From NCBI GenBank assembly GCA_951406725.2, contig OX597815.1:14322001-14386000 (forward strand): a stretch of 64,000 nucleotides of DNA, read 5' to 3'. Shown piece after piece: positions 25,956 to 38,423 of the stretch (its first letter is position 1; each line of letters starts with the position of its first letter). This DNA is from Octopus vulgaris (lineage: Eukaryota). Position numbers and translations under genes: made by a program. The notes under the pieces were generated by a model. It did not search any database, was not told the origin of the DNA, and saw nothing but the letters and a program-made list of their open reading frames with translations.

Positions 25956-26397
25956 TTATACGAAATATATATATACGCATACATATATATGTGTGTGTGT
26001 TTGTGTATGTATAAATATGTACATCTATTTGTATATATACGTATGTATAGTCATATATATATATATGTATATTTATATGTATATATTTATGTATATCTAT
26101 ATATTTATATATGCATATATATATATAGTGTATATGTATATATGTATATATATGTATATATATATTATATATATATGTATGTATGTATATCTATATATTT
26201 ATATATGCATATATATATATATAGTGTATATGTATATATGTATATATATGTATATATATATTATATATATATGTATGTATGTATATATATGTATTTATGA
26301 ATATATATATATTTATATATGCATATATATATATATAGTGTATATGTATATATGTATATATATATGTATATATGTATTATATATATATGTATGTATG

Positions 26398-26441
<44 letters not shown>

Positions 26442-26490
26442 TCATATATATATACACATATATATATATATATATGTTTATATATATAAA
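25890..26490. repeat. (TA)/(TG)-derived tract with a ~95-115 bp higher-order unit repeated about 3 times
   Basis: atatttatatatgcatatatatatatagtgtatatg recurs at ~26101, ~26196 and ~26310. Confidence 0.85.
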
Positions 26491-27727
26491 CTCACATCTG
26501 TGTTGTGTATGCATGATTGTATTTACAGTAGCATAGTTTCGTATGGAAATGTGTTTTCAATCTCTAACCCTCCCCGGTCATTTGATTAAATGTCAATGTA
26601 ATTCATTCCAAATTCTATTTGTAACTGTGACATTGGAACTATTGGATTTTAGGGTTGCAGCAAACAAAATTTCGTTTATATCTCTAGCGTCGTTTAATTT
26701 ATCACTGCCATTATCGAAACGCTATAAACTTGCAGAAGAATTTCAAAGACAAATACAACATTGCTTTTAAAAGGAGAAAGGTTATTATTCATACAGCAAT
26801 GTGCACTACACTTTATGCAAAAGTGGCTTGAAGATACCTTTATTTTTCATTTCCGTTCGGAAATTGGAGAACCTCACAGCAACCGTTTCTCGTCACGGAT
26901 AGCAAAGCTGTCTCAGAGCGATTTGTGAAGATCAATTGCCGACGGAACAGAGATACGGTGATTCTATACCTTCCTTACTGGAAAATCATTTCTTTTTCGT
27001 TTGCTATTGCTAGTGATAAGTCAATAGACACACACAGCGTTTCGATATTTGGTGCTTTAGTGGTAAAGACAAGAAAAATCTAATCAATATCTATAGGGAA
27101 AAGATTAGAAAGAAAGCCAATGATTTGTGTTTCGATTCGTCAATCTCGATTTTGTTTAAGAATAGGAAATCTAGTAAATTGTTTAAAGATAACATAACAT
27201 AAGAGCATTGGAATGTCACAAGATTATCTACTGTTTCTCAAACGTTCAGAATCTCTTTCTATATATTTAGCAAGATTTATAATCTTATAAATCTCTCCAA
27301 GTTTTTGGTGCTTAGATTTCAGTAATTCTACACCATTGTATTTCTTTGCCAGAGGTTTAACAGATTGCATATATAGGTATTTTAGAGAATGTTTTTTTTA
27401 TTTTCTCTGTCTTATACATACAAAACTGAATAATCGTATTTTGTTTAAAAATGTTTGTTTGCTCACAATTCTCCAGCCTCCACACTTCGAAAGAAATACA
27501 AATATGTATAGATCATTATACACACACGTTATCATGCATTCTATTAAGTTATTCAACACAGTACAGGGCAAAGATTTGCTAACTCAGCCTAGAATATTAT
27601 TCTAGCTTTGCTGAGAATAAGTTTAATAGAGAGAGAGCCATATACCTTATGCTATTACTGTGCTAATGTCTGTTTCGTATACCAGCTGTGAAACCTGCGC
27701 AGAAAACTTTGAGTTTTAATTGATATA

Positions 27728-27945
27728 TCTTTTATCTTTCATTTGTTTCAGTCATTAGACTGTGGCCATGCTGGGGCATCGTCTTAGAAAATTTTTAGTT
27801 GAATGTAATGACCCTAATATATTCTTTAAGCCTAGTACTTACTCTATAGGTCTCTTTTGCTAAACTGCTAAGTTACAGGGACGCAAACACACCAACACCG
27901 GTTGCCAAATGGTGATTGACACAAAGACACACATGCACACACCGT
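27728..27945 (-). mobile_element. Old SINE family 1 copy, 3' half only
   Basis: Diverged match to the tail and body. Confidence 0.8.
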
Positions 27946-28643
27946 ATCTTGTGCAAACATAGAAAAGTGGTTGTTAAAGCGATGATGATTATGATGACAT
28001 CGATGACAACGATGACGATGTCAACGACGAAAATGATGTAGGGATTTTTTTTTAAGTAACTTGACGGTTTCTTTTCTGTCATCAAAATTTAGATCACATA
28101 AATATATGGCCGTGAGTAAAAGCTCAACATCGAATGAGTCTGACGAGTTAGGTCTGTGACAATCCTGCATATCTGTTTTATGGGACCCGAATCAAACTGT
28201 CTTCTAAACAATAACATATATGTGTGTGTGTGTGTGAGTGTGTGTGTGTGAGTGTGTGTGCGTGTGTGTGTGTATGTATGTGTAATTTTAAGATCCAAGG
28301 ATCTAGGTGCAAGAATTTAGTAAGTTTCAAGCAATCCTTTGTAGGGTTAAAAAACAACTTTCGGGAACAATATTAGTTTATTGATGTAGAAGGTTGTATG
28401 CTTTTCCCCTATCAAAGTTCGATAAGCTGAAAATGTTATTCTATAGTTCAAGGTTGGCATCTGGGGCTGCTATGAATGCGAATAAAAAACCAAATTGAGA
28501 AAATGGAGCAGGCAAAATCCAGGGTCCATGTTTCCTAGCTAGCAGATCCTCGAAAGTAATATTTACCCTACGAGAGGTACTCCACCAGCTACCCGTCAGA
28601 CTGAAGATACATTAGTTACATGAAGGTTATGTTGTCGTTATAA

Positions 28644-28732
<89 letters not shown>

Positions 28733-28822
28733 TTTATAAATAAGGATAATATCGATATTTAAGTATTGATCTTATCAAGTGGCCAGCATGGGAATAAATA
28801 CCATACAAAGGTAATAATTATT

Positions 28823-29107
28823 TAAAACTATAGATTAGGGTATCTGAGAGATACCACCATGCTGCAATAGCGGTCAAAACCCTGACCCTAAAGCCACATT
28901 AAATGTTCATATATCGCTAGGAGAGAAGACAGAGACAGAATAAACTAAATCCAGGATCTTGAATTATCTAGAAAAATCTTTTTTGCTAGTTTATTTTGTC
29001 TCTCTGTCTTCTCTCCTGGCGCTATATGAACATTTAATGTGGCTTTAGGGTCAGGGTTATGACTGCTATTTCGGCATGGTGGTATCTCTCAGATACCCTA
29101 ATTTATA

Positions 29108-29113
<6 letters not shown>
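28823..29113. mobile_element. Fold-back element (~125-bp arms) with degenerate HHR-like motifs, between (TA)n tracts
   Basis: 28823-28947 is the reverse complement of 28987-29113. TAT-CTGAGAG..ATGCC-GAAA-TAGCAG-TC-ATA at 29058-29095(-). Confidence 0.75.
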
Positions 29114-29160
<47 letters not shown>

Positions 29161-29207
29161 AACAAGTCAAAATAGAACATGCTAAAATAATTATATAAAG
29201 AACATTT

Positions 29208-29245
29208 CAGTACCGGTTTCGGTCATTTTGAGACCTTTTCAACTG
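29208..29245 (-). ncRNA. Minimal hammerhead-like motif, U3-A8 core variant
   Basis: CAG-TTGAAAA-GGTC-tcaaaat-GACC-GAAA-CCGG-TA-CTG; all three stems are perfect. Confidence 0.72.
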
Positions 29246-29392
29246 TAACGATTAAATAATTAAATTTAGAAAAATTAATTAAAATAAAAGTTTTTTTAAA
29301 GGAATATTTGTATAGTGTTCAAATATAAGTGGCATTCTGCCTTTCTCTGTCTCCCTTGTTTGCACTTGTGTGTTCGAGGCCGTTTCACCCTT

Positions 29393-29464
<72 letters not shown>

Positions 29465-29466
<2 letters not shown>

Positions 29467-29705
29467 TCTTTTTCTTGTTACAGTCATTTGACTGTGGCCA
29501 TGCTGGGGCACCGCTTTTAGTCGAGCAAATCAACTCCAGGACTTATTATTTCTAAGTCTAGTACTTATTCTATCAGGTTCTTTTGCCGCACCGCTATGTT
29601 ACGGGGATGTAAACACACCAGCATCGGTTGTCAAGCGATGTTGGGCGACAGACACAGATCCATACATAAACACACACACACAGTCACACACACATACACA
29701 CACAC
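29465..29705 (-). mobile_element. SINE family 1, 3' half
   Basis: Tail and body match up to the internal (CA)n. Confidence 0.88.
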
Positions 29706-29853
29706 TATTTAGGGGAAATAGTTTGGATTAATTGACAGATGAAACACATTTATAAATAGACATGTGGGGGATATAGAGAAGAAAGATTATTATTACTAGT
29801 AATATTATTATTATTATTATTATCATTATTATTATTATTATTATTATTATTAA

Positions 29854-29884
<31 letters not shown>

Positions 29885-30228
29885 ATTATTATTATTATTA
29901 TTATTATCATTATTATTATTATTATTATTATTATTTTATGCAAGCGATGCTTACTGTAGGTATTAATACAAACTATGTGGCAGAAAGAGCCTAGATTATT
30001 ATTGATATTTAAGTATAATTATATGATCACGAATATAAATTTATATTAATAGTAGAGTGTAGTGTTAGTAAAAGTAATGACTTCAAATAGGTGATTGATG
30101 TTAGTGTTGGTACATATATTATATACAATGCACGTATAATTAAGTGGAGCGTGCAGAAAATATGACTATAAAGATTGTTGAATTACATATAATTACATAA
30201 ATATATATATATATATATACATGCATTC

Positions 30229-30270
<42 letters not shown>

Positions 30271-30366
30271 GCATTTTATGTAATTATATGTAATTATATG
30301 GGTGAACTTACAATATTTAGGTACATGTATATATATATGTAATTACCTATAATTACAAAAAAATGC

Positions 30367-30419
<53 letters not shown>

Positions 30420-30879
30420 TATGTAATTATATGGGTGAACTTACAATATTGAGGTACATGTATAAATGTATAATCAAGTATGTAAGGAGATGATGGTTGA
30501 TGTGGAAGGTGTATATAGTGCAAATTAACGTTGCCGTGAGTATTAGAAGGGTTGTGTTAAGTTGATATAAAATGGTTTGAATTTGGGTTTGAGTTTTTGG
30601 AAAATGGGTTTTAAAAATTATAGTTTAAAAATTAACTATTAACGAGTAGAATATAAATATTAAAGAGTTAAGTAATATTATGGGAATAAAAATATGGATT
30701 ATAAGTATATCTCTAATATATCTCTAACGGTATTAAGAGTGTGTTTCAAAATGATAAATGATAATTAGAGTGTATATTGTGCGATTGAAACATTAAAAGC
30801 AGGATTTATATTTTTAAATATAAATGTGTGATTAAGGTGGAAAGTATGTATAATTTGAGTTGTTAAGCTTATATAGAAT

Positions 30880-31500
30880 ATATTACGGTATTTCTATAGG
30901 ATGTATTATATATTATTGTTATTTTGCGAGAAAGGAAGTGCTGGATAATTCATATTTACAAAAAATATATTTCTTTACATGTAAGCATTGGAAAATTTTC
31001 TCGGATCTATCATTTAAAAGTTTATTCTAAGAAAATAAAATGTATGTCTCATCTCGGCAAAATGAGCTGGTTTTCGCCGGTAGCTTATACGCATAATTTT
31101 CTAAGTTATATTTCTATCTTTTAGTTTCCAGATAAATTTACTTAGGCCAGTGCTGCTTTGCTTATTAGCATTTCTAAAGGAGCTCTGACGGTTCGCATGC
31201 CTAGATTTCACATAACACGAGGTTGCTCCGACATAATAGAGATATTTGCATCTACTTCAAAGGTTGCTTGGTATACTCGGCTTTTACGTTTACAGTAATT
31301 CTTGAATTTACATTTTTCTTTAACCCTACAATCACAGAAAGCATTCAAATAGTTATTAGATGTGTTATTTGTGTTTGTATTATTGTTAAGATATATCATT
31401 GTCTAGATATATTATGTCTGGCATTTATATTTCTTTGGATATCATTTGTTTTCGTATTTAGAGAGGGGTTGTTTCTATTTGTGTAATATGCAGCAAGTTT
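30880..31500 (-). pseudogene. Penelope-like (Neptune-type) GIY-YIG endonuclease remnant
   Basis: CDCRVKEKCKFKNYCKRKSRVYQATF (ORF 31208-31399), then KSRHANRQSSFRNANKQSSTGLSKFIWKLK. Confidence 0.8.
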
Positions 31501-31519
31501 TACAATAGTAAAATATGAT

Positions 31520-32755
31520 ATATGTCGAGATGTGTCTCGTTTCTCTGTTTTTTTTCGTTGTTCGAAAAAAGTTCGTTTCTGTGTTTTTGTTTTTATGTTT
31601 TCGTTTCTCATTTTGTTCAACGTTTTTTTATGTCCTGTACCCACAGATGCATGTATATATATATATATATATATGGCCTAGTGGTTAGGGCAGCGGACTC
31701 GCGGTCGTAGGATCGCGGTTTCGATTCCCAGACCGGGCGTTGTGAGTGTTTATTGAGCGAAAAGACCTAAAAGCTCCACGAGGCTCCGGCAGGGGGGAGT
31801 GATCCCTGCTGTACTCTTTCACCACTCTTTCTCCCACACTTTCTTCTGTTGGCCTGCTCGCTTAGCCAGCGGGGTGGCGTCATTCGAAGGCTAAAACAAT
31901 GCGAACGCATTGTGACCAGCGATATGTAACTACATCTGATGGACTGGTCGGTCACGTGATATATATATATATGTATGTATATATGCATATATTTATATAT
32001 TATTTATATTATTATATGATCGAACGCCACGCAACCTTTTCAAAGTAAGTTTTACCTTAATAATTACGATGCGCACTCTTCTAACTTTACTAACCCTTCT
32101 CTGTCTATCTCTCTACCCATCTTGTTCTTCATCCTTTCAGGTTTTGTTTCCCACCCTTCCCTATTCTTCTCCTCACCCCTTCACCGTTCCCTCTCTCTCT
32201 TACTCCTCCTCCTCCTCGACTCTCTCGTCGCTGACACGTGACGAACGAGAATCTACCTTTCTACACACAACCTTCGTAAAGACTAAACGTTCTTATACTG
32301 TCTCCATAAGCTCGTCTTTCTAAACGTTCAGAATAGTTTTTCCATCGTGTTGGCTTAAAAGCCCTCACGGTTTGTTTTTTTCTGTTTTGTTCTCATTGTT
32401 CTGTTCTTGCTACCGCTTACACCCTCCGCAAAAAATCCTAAATTTTATTTAATTTGCTTTGCGGGAAGGACTGTTTCAATGAAATCGCATCTTGTCCTTG
32501 CCCCGAAACGTAGAGTAGTTGAAACAGGGACAACTGAAGAAGGGGAATATTCTTTATGTTGTATGTCTCGTTTCTCTGTTTTTTTCGTTCTTCGAAAAAT
32601 GTCCGTTTCTATGTTTTTGTTTTTGTTTTCGTTTCTTATTTTGTTCAACGTTTTTTCTATATCCTGTACCCATAAATGCGTGTATATATACATATATATG
32701 TAGGTATGTACATATATGTATATATGCATTTATTTATATATTATTTATATTATAT
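31520..32755 (+). mobile_element. Non-autonomous PLE-like element with direct terminal repeats (31520-32016, SINE-interrupted, and 32560-32755)
   Basis: Duplicated tgtctcgtttctctg..ttgttcaacg..tcctgtaccca block. The 3' half of an HHR (CCCC-GAAA-CG-TA-GAG) is at ~32500. A reverse-oriented relative lies at 53860-54380. Confidence 0.65.
31673..31959 (+). mobile_element. tRNA-derived SINE family 2, inserted in (TA)n
   Basis: A box TGGCCTAGTGG; B box-like GTTTCGATTCCC; non-tRNA body; related copies at 54789-54941 and 38285-38348. Confidence 0.9.
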
Positions 32756-33993
32756 GTATATATGTGTGTGTGTGTTTGCGTGTGTGTGTGTGTGAACGAT
32801 GCAAAAATGGGTAAAAAGTTCATTCCAAAACATGTCTGTGCGACGTTTGTTTACAAGAATATGTGAGCTAACGAAGCTCCTTTATATCAACAATTGTCTC
32901 TCATGTTGGAAGTCTTGCAATTGCTGTTTCGAGTATTGTACTCTCAGCTCGCATATCAGAGGTGCCTGACTTATCTTTCGTTGAGATTTTCCCCCCTAAC
33001 GTTAAATGTTCTTCATTGATTGAAAAAAAAAATGAGTTCTGTTTTACTCCCTCATTTCTTCCGAAAAAGATTTACCAAATTGCGTATTTCTTTTTCTTTA
33101 TCATTTTTAAAAATTTATTCTAATATTACCATTTATCCCCTATATACCTGTACTGTTGTTTTGCGTAGTTCTTTTCGACATCGGTACAAAGCGTTCCAGA
33201 GAAGTAATTATATTATATACGAGTTGATAAGAGTAGATGAAAATAGAGAAATTATGTGAAAATATTTTTTTGCAAAATAAAAATTGGTAAAAGTTGAGTA
33301 AAGCGGATAAAAATTATTCGAAAGATTTTATAAAAGTGGATAAGAATACAGGAAAAACTGATAACTTTCTTGATTTGAAGATAAAAAAGAAAGCATAGAC
33401 ATTTAAATATTTCAAAAATCATTCTACAGATTGATAGTGTCCTTAGTTCATTTCAAATCAGATGGTAAGTTATATTTACCTACAGATTTCTCAATGTTTT
33501 TTTTAGACCAAAACATTGTATATTTTCTCTGCTGTGAGGCTGCACTACACTGAATTTGGAATAGAGACAAAGGAAGAGGAGGCAAAGGCTCACATACATC
33601 TTCTTCGGAAATCGGTTCATTCCTTTCAGGAAGATTTCAAATAATTAAAAATAGAATAGTACATACATAGAAACGTATGTATGTACATACATATTTTTAT
33701 TTCTTTCCGTGGTTTGTTCCTTTAGCTCCAATAGCTATAATACAAGATGCGGTAACCTTCACCACCAGCTTTCAGTTTCACTAAGTGCTGTATCAGATGT
33801 TTTCTTGTTTTTATTGATTTTCACTTTAGAGTCTCTCCTTTTCTCTTACGCTCTTTCCCTCTCTCTCTCTCTCTCTCTCTCTTTCACTGCCTCTCTCTTT
33901 CTCTCTCTCTCGTTCTCTCTCTCTCTTCTCATATATATGGAGTGTATGTATGCCTATATACATATGTATGTGTATGGATTTATGAATGTATGC

Positions 33994-34034
<41 letters not shown>

Positions 34035-34744
34035 CATACATACACAAATATTAACAAATACGTACATACATATACAGGTTTAATTTATGTATCTTTCTTT
34101 ATACGTATGTGTATATACATTGTCTTTTTATATGCACATTTATTAGTTATATTATAGATATTTTGGGCCATAAAAGAAGTCTCCTTCAGCAATAAAGTCT
34201 TTGATATATGCAACTACAGAAGGGTTACGGCTAAAATGCCTTCTTACCACATATCTTCTCGATTTAGACTGATCGGGGCTCACACAAATAAAGACGCTAC
34301 GAACCAGCAAGAGATCGTTAGCAGAGTCACTCTGAATGCTAGAAATACCAACCAAATCACAATCAATTCCCATATTTGCAGTGTTAAGTAGCGAAGGACC
34401 TAATATCCAATTTATTCTCTGGTTGACAGGAAGACAAGATTTTCGTGTTTGGAATGGTTTTTTGTTTTCGTTCTAATTAAGGTAAACAACCACCAAAAGA
34501 TCATTTACATGGTCGCACGACCTGTAAAGTAAGCAAATGTTGTTTTTTTTCAGATTAGCAGCCAAAACTTTAGATTACACTCCTCCAACTTAAACTGTAA
34601 GACTTTTATCATACGTCTGTTGAGTCAAGGTTGACCTGGAGCTAAACAAGAAAATCTATAAGTAATTTTAGGATAGTGCTTCAAGAAGGCAACAAGAACC
34701 ACAGGAAGAAACAGTATTAAAGGATAATAATAAAAATAATCAAT

Positions 34745-34982
34745 CAATAATAAATCTCTGAACGAGATGTAAACAGTAACCGCTCGACAACGTAAAGTAT
34801 AATAGCCATCTTAATATGGCTAACCACTAAGGGTGGGTGTTACTGTAGCTTTTAGCCCCAGGAGATCATCGTCTCCAGCTGGCTTTAGGCACACTCTCTG
34901 TGCTCTTATGGTATTTGCAAAGGGAGGTCATCCATCTCCCTTTAGTGTTTAGCCATATTGAGATGGCTATTATACTTTACGT
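34745..34982. mobile_element. Fold-back element family X, with the right arm internally deleted
   Basis: 34790-34833 is inverted at 34938-34982. Homologous to 53453-53768. Confidence 0.8.
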
Positions 34983-34989
34983 AATAAAA

Positions 34990-35200
34990 ATAATCGTTTC
35001 TACGATAGGGTACAAGGTCTGAAATTTTAGGGGGGGGGGGTGGAGATTAGTCCATTATATCGACTACCGTGACCGACTGGTACTTCTCGAACGGATGAAA
35101 GGATGAAAAACAAAGTTGACCTCTGTGGCATTTGAACCCAGAAGGGGAAGTACCGGAAGAAATATTGCTAAGCATTTCGTCCACTACGGTCAACGATTCT
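34990..35200 (-). mobile_element. Old SINE family 3 remnant
   Basis: The diverged aaaggatgaaa..caaagttgacctc..atttgaacccag..gctaagcatttcg block has a B-box-like GGGTTCAAATGCC on the minus strand. Confidence 0.6.
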
Positions 35201-35385
35201 CCCAGAATTGAAAAGAAGACAGAATGAAAATGGAGATGCAAAAAGGAAATGAAGCGAAGTTTGATGCAGGAGGACTGAGAATTACTGAAAGGAGACAGAA
35301 GGAAACATCCATCATATTTAAAGGGTATTGCACTGGTTTATAATACACCGCACACGCGCATTCCACACATACATACATACATACA

Positions 35386-35416
<31 letters not shown>

Positions 35417-35589
35417 GTACATACGTACATTTCTCAACCAACTAGGTCCCGACTTCGACAAAACCTGTTACTCTGAGTTTCACATTCCCGTTCGTCGTAC
35501 AGTTTTTGCTAGTAGTAAAGCATATTACTCTACCACTGGTATTTGAGTACCCTTCTTTTCACCTTGTTTCACATTTATGTGTTTACTCC

Positions 35590-35623
<34 letters not shown>

Positions 35624-35626
<3 letters not shown>

Positions 35627-36119
35627 TCTTACTCTTTACTCTTTTATTTGCTTCACTCATTTGACTGCGGCCATGCTAGAGCACCGCCTTTAGTCGAGCA
35701 AATCGACCCCGGGACTTATTCTTTGTAAGCCCAGTACTTATTCTATCGGTCTCTTTTGCCGAACCGCTAAGTGACAGGGACGTAAACACACCAGCATCGG
35801 TTGTCAAGCAATGCTAGGGGGACAAACACAGACACACAAACATATACACACACACACTTATATATATATACATATATACGACAGGCTTCCTTCAGTTTCC
35901 GTCTACCAAATCCACTCACAAGGCATTGGTCGGCCCGGGGCTATAGCAGAAGATACCTTGCCCAAGATGCCACGCAGTGGGACTGAACCCGGAACCATGT
36001 GGTTGGCCAGCAAGCTACCCACCACACAGCCACTCCTGCGCCTGTAGAAGACACTTGCCCAAAGTGCCAGCAGTGGAACTGAACCTGGAAACATGTGGCT
36101 GGTAAGCAACCTACTTACC

Positions 36120-36122
<3 letters not shown>
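35624..36122 (-). mobile_element. SINE family 1: full copy (35624-36043) plus a second head fragment (36044-36122)
   Basis: Directly visible tandem head. Confidence 0.92.
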
Positions 36123-36175
<53 letters not shown>

Positions 36176-36184
36176 CGTTTATAT

Positions 36185-36449
36185 ATTTGTTGTGCAAGAT
36201 GTTTTACGTGAAGTCAGGTGTTGAAACAGACATTGTTGTATTTCGGAATGGTCATTTTGCCAGTTTAGCCAATAAAAACAAAAGGAAGAAAGAAGAAAGC
36301 AAAGGACCACTGATGCGGTCACAGGAGTGTGACGAAAGAACTCTAGCCGAAATAGGATTAAGATTAATGTAAAAAATAAGCAAAGTAATACCAAATATAT
36401 AGTGCGTGTGTTTTTATTGGCTAAACTGGCAAAATGACCATTCCGAAAT

Positions 36450-36457
<8 letters not shown>
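36185..36457. mobile_element. Element with perfect 49-bp inverted repeats (36232-36280 / 36409-36457) and a degenerate HHR-like motif in the spacer
   Basis: attgttgtatttcggaatggtcattttgccagtttagccaataaaaaca and its reverse complement. CTGATGC-G-GTCAC..GTGAC-GAAA-GAACTC-TA at ~36310-36345. Confidence 0.7.
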
Positions 36458-36490
<33 letters not shown>

Positions 36491-36686
36491 CAGGTTTGGC
36501 CAAAAGTCACTCGACAGTAAATGAAAATTCCATAAATACTATCTGTAATTCGAATGGAAGAATGTGTCGCTTGAGAAGGACTTCAATTTGAACAACTTTC
36601 ATGATGTTTCATATTTAGATATTTTTATTGAATTCATTCAAATCAAATGGTTTTGATTTATTTCAGGTAACTTTTGGCCAACCCTG
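36491..36686. mobile_element. Tc1/mariner-type MITE
   Basis: TIRs CAGGTTTGGCCAAAAGTCAC / GTAACTTTTGGCCAACCCTG; inserted in a TA tract. Confidence 0.8.
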
Positions 36687-36949
36687 TGTATATATATATA
36701 TATATAAAACTTGTGCCAAATTTTGGCATTGTCAGTTACATAAGCAGCAGGACGGGTGGCACTGAATAGTACAGAGATTTCAAACGTGAATAGACACACC
36801 TGGTTATCCTGTTTTATCTGTGCGGACAAAACTCGGGTTTAAAATGTCCAAACATATTACATTTATAGAAAACATGTCTACTAAGTAAAAACATCAAATG
36901 ATATTATTTTCCTTATAGAATTGAGTCTTTCAAAAACTGATTGTATCCA

Positions 36950-37120
36950 TTCATTTTTGAGATGTCTGTGTTTCTTTCTGTGTTCCTTTCTGTGGAAGAG
37001 CGTAGGCTCGAAATATTAAAGACTTTTTCACTTCTCGAGCGTTAAACTAATACATCTGTTTGTTGTCTACACCACCTGCCTTCGTCTTTCGTTTTTTATT
37101 TTTGTGAATTCTCTCCTTAT
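36950..37120 (+). mobile_element. Short PLE pLTR-derived element with a decayed minimal HHR (36986-37021); relative of 22018-22226
   Basis: CTTT-CTGTGGA-A-GAGC-gtag-GCTC-GAAA-TA-TT-AAAG. The downstream gagcgt..taatac block is shared with the 22-kb element. Confidence 0.62.
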
Positions 37121-37144
37121 ATATTGGTATATATGTATATGTAA

Positions 37145-37175
<31 letters not shown>

Positions 37176-37178
<3 letters not shown>

Positions 37179-37586
37179 TCTTACTCTTTTATTTGCTTCA
37201 GTCATTTGACTGCGGCCATGCTAGAGCACCGCCTTTAGTCGAGCAAATCGACCCCAGGACTTATTCTTTGTAAGCCTAGTACTTATTCTATCAGTCTCTT
37301 TTGCCGAACCGCTAAGTTGCGGGGACGTAAACACACCAGCATCGGTTGTCAAGCGATGTTGGTGGTGCGGGAAGCAAACACAGACACACAAACACACACA
37401 CAGACACATATATATACATATACATATATACGACGGGCTTCTTTCAGTTTCCGTCTACCAAATCCACTCACAAGGCTTTGGTCGGCCCGAGGCTATATTA
37501 AAAGACACTTGCCCAAGGCGCCAACAGTGGAACTGAACCTGGAAACATGTGGTTGGTAAGCAACCTACTTACCACACAGCCACTCC

Positions 37587-37591
<5 letters not shown>
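37176..37591 (-). mobile_element. SINE family 1, subfamily B
   Basis: Full-length match. Confidence 0.93.
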
Positions 37592-37672
<81 letters not shown>

Positions 37673-37722
37673 CATATATGCGTGTTTGTGTGCACGCGCG
37701 CACGTGTCTATCTGTATATATA

Positions 37723-37936
37723 CTAGGTGGCCCAAAAGTAAGTCTACAGTTATCACCTACGCACTTTAAATTTGTTTTTTAAAACATTTTATTGCATTTA
37801 AATGTCTATCTTACAATTAATTTAATTAGCATAGAATAATGGTTTCATATGTTTTTATAATTAAGATCTAAACTGTTAATATATAAATGTGAAAGAGATA
37901 GTTGAATGACTGTAAGCCTACTTTTGGTCCACCCTG
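37723..37936. mobile_element. Tc1/mariner-type MITE
   Basis: ~28-bp imperfect TIRs CTAGGTGGCCCAAAAGTAAGTCTACAGT / ACTGTAAGCCTACTTTTGGTCCACCCTG; TA on the left flank. Confidence 0.78.
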
Positions 37937-38206
37937 AATGTATGTATGTATGTACACATACATATGTGTGTGTACATGTAAGTGTATATATATATATATA
38001 AACTTAGATAAACTTAGATATGTTTCGACCAAAGATTGGTCCTGGCCATGTCTAACTTAATAGCACCACCTGATAGGATTATTTGAATCCTGTTTAAGTC
38101 AAGTTTTGTTTATGGTCCATTCAAGTATTGAGTTTTTGTTGGGTGAGTTGTATCCAATTATGGGTGGCTTATCGGGTATTCTTTTAAGGAATCTATCCAG
38201 ACTCCG

Positions 38207-38272
<66 letters not shown>

Positions 38273-38348
38273 GTGTGTGTGTGTGAGGCGCAATGGCCCA
38301 GTGGTTAGTGCAGCGAGCTCGCTGTCGTAACCGACGGAGCGCCACGAT

Positions 38349-38423
<75 letters not shown>

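Noticed and set aside
25657-26589. Longest ORF (310 aa) and the many similar YI/CV/HT-rich ORFs
   Set aside because: They are translations of stop-free dinucleotide and tetranucleotide microsatellites with no domain content.
31673-31745. Possible tRNA gene (also the SINE-1 heads)
   Set aside because: A and B boxes are present, but there is no complete cloverleaf and the sequence continues into a repeated SINE body.
32500-32546. Type-II permuted hammerhead (CCCC-GAAA...CTGAAGA-AGGGG)
   Set aside because: Stem I does not form next to the cleavage site. A deleted type-I motif explains it better.
34152-34420. 73-aa minus-strand ORF, possibly a LINE endonuclease fossil or an exon
   Set aside because: The resemblance is too weak to call and catalytic residues are not evident.
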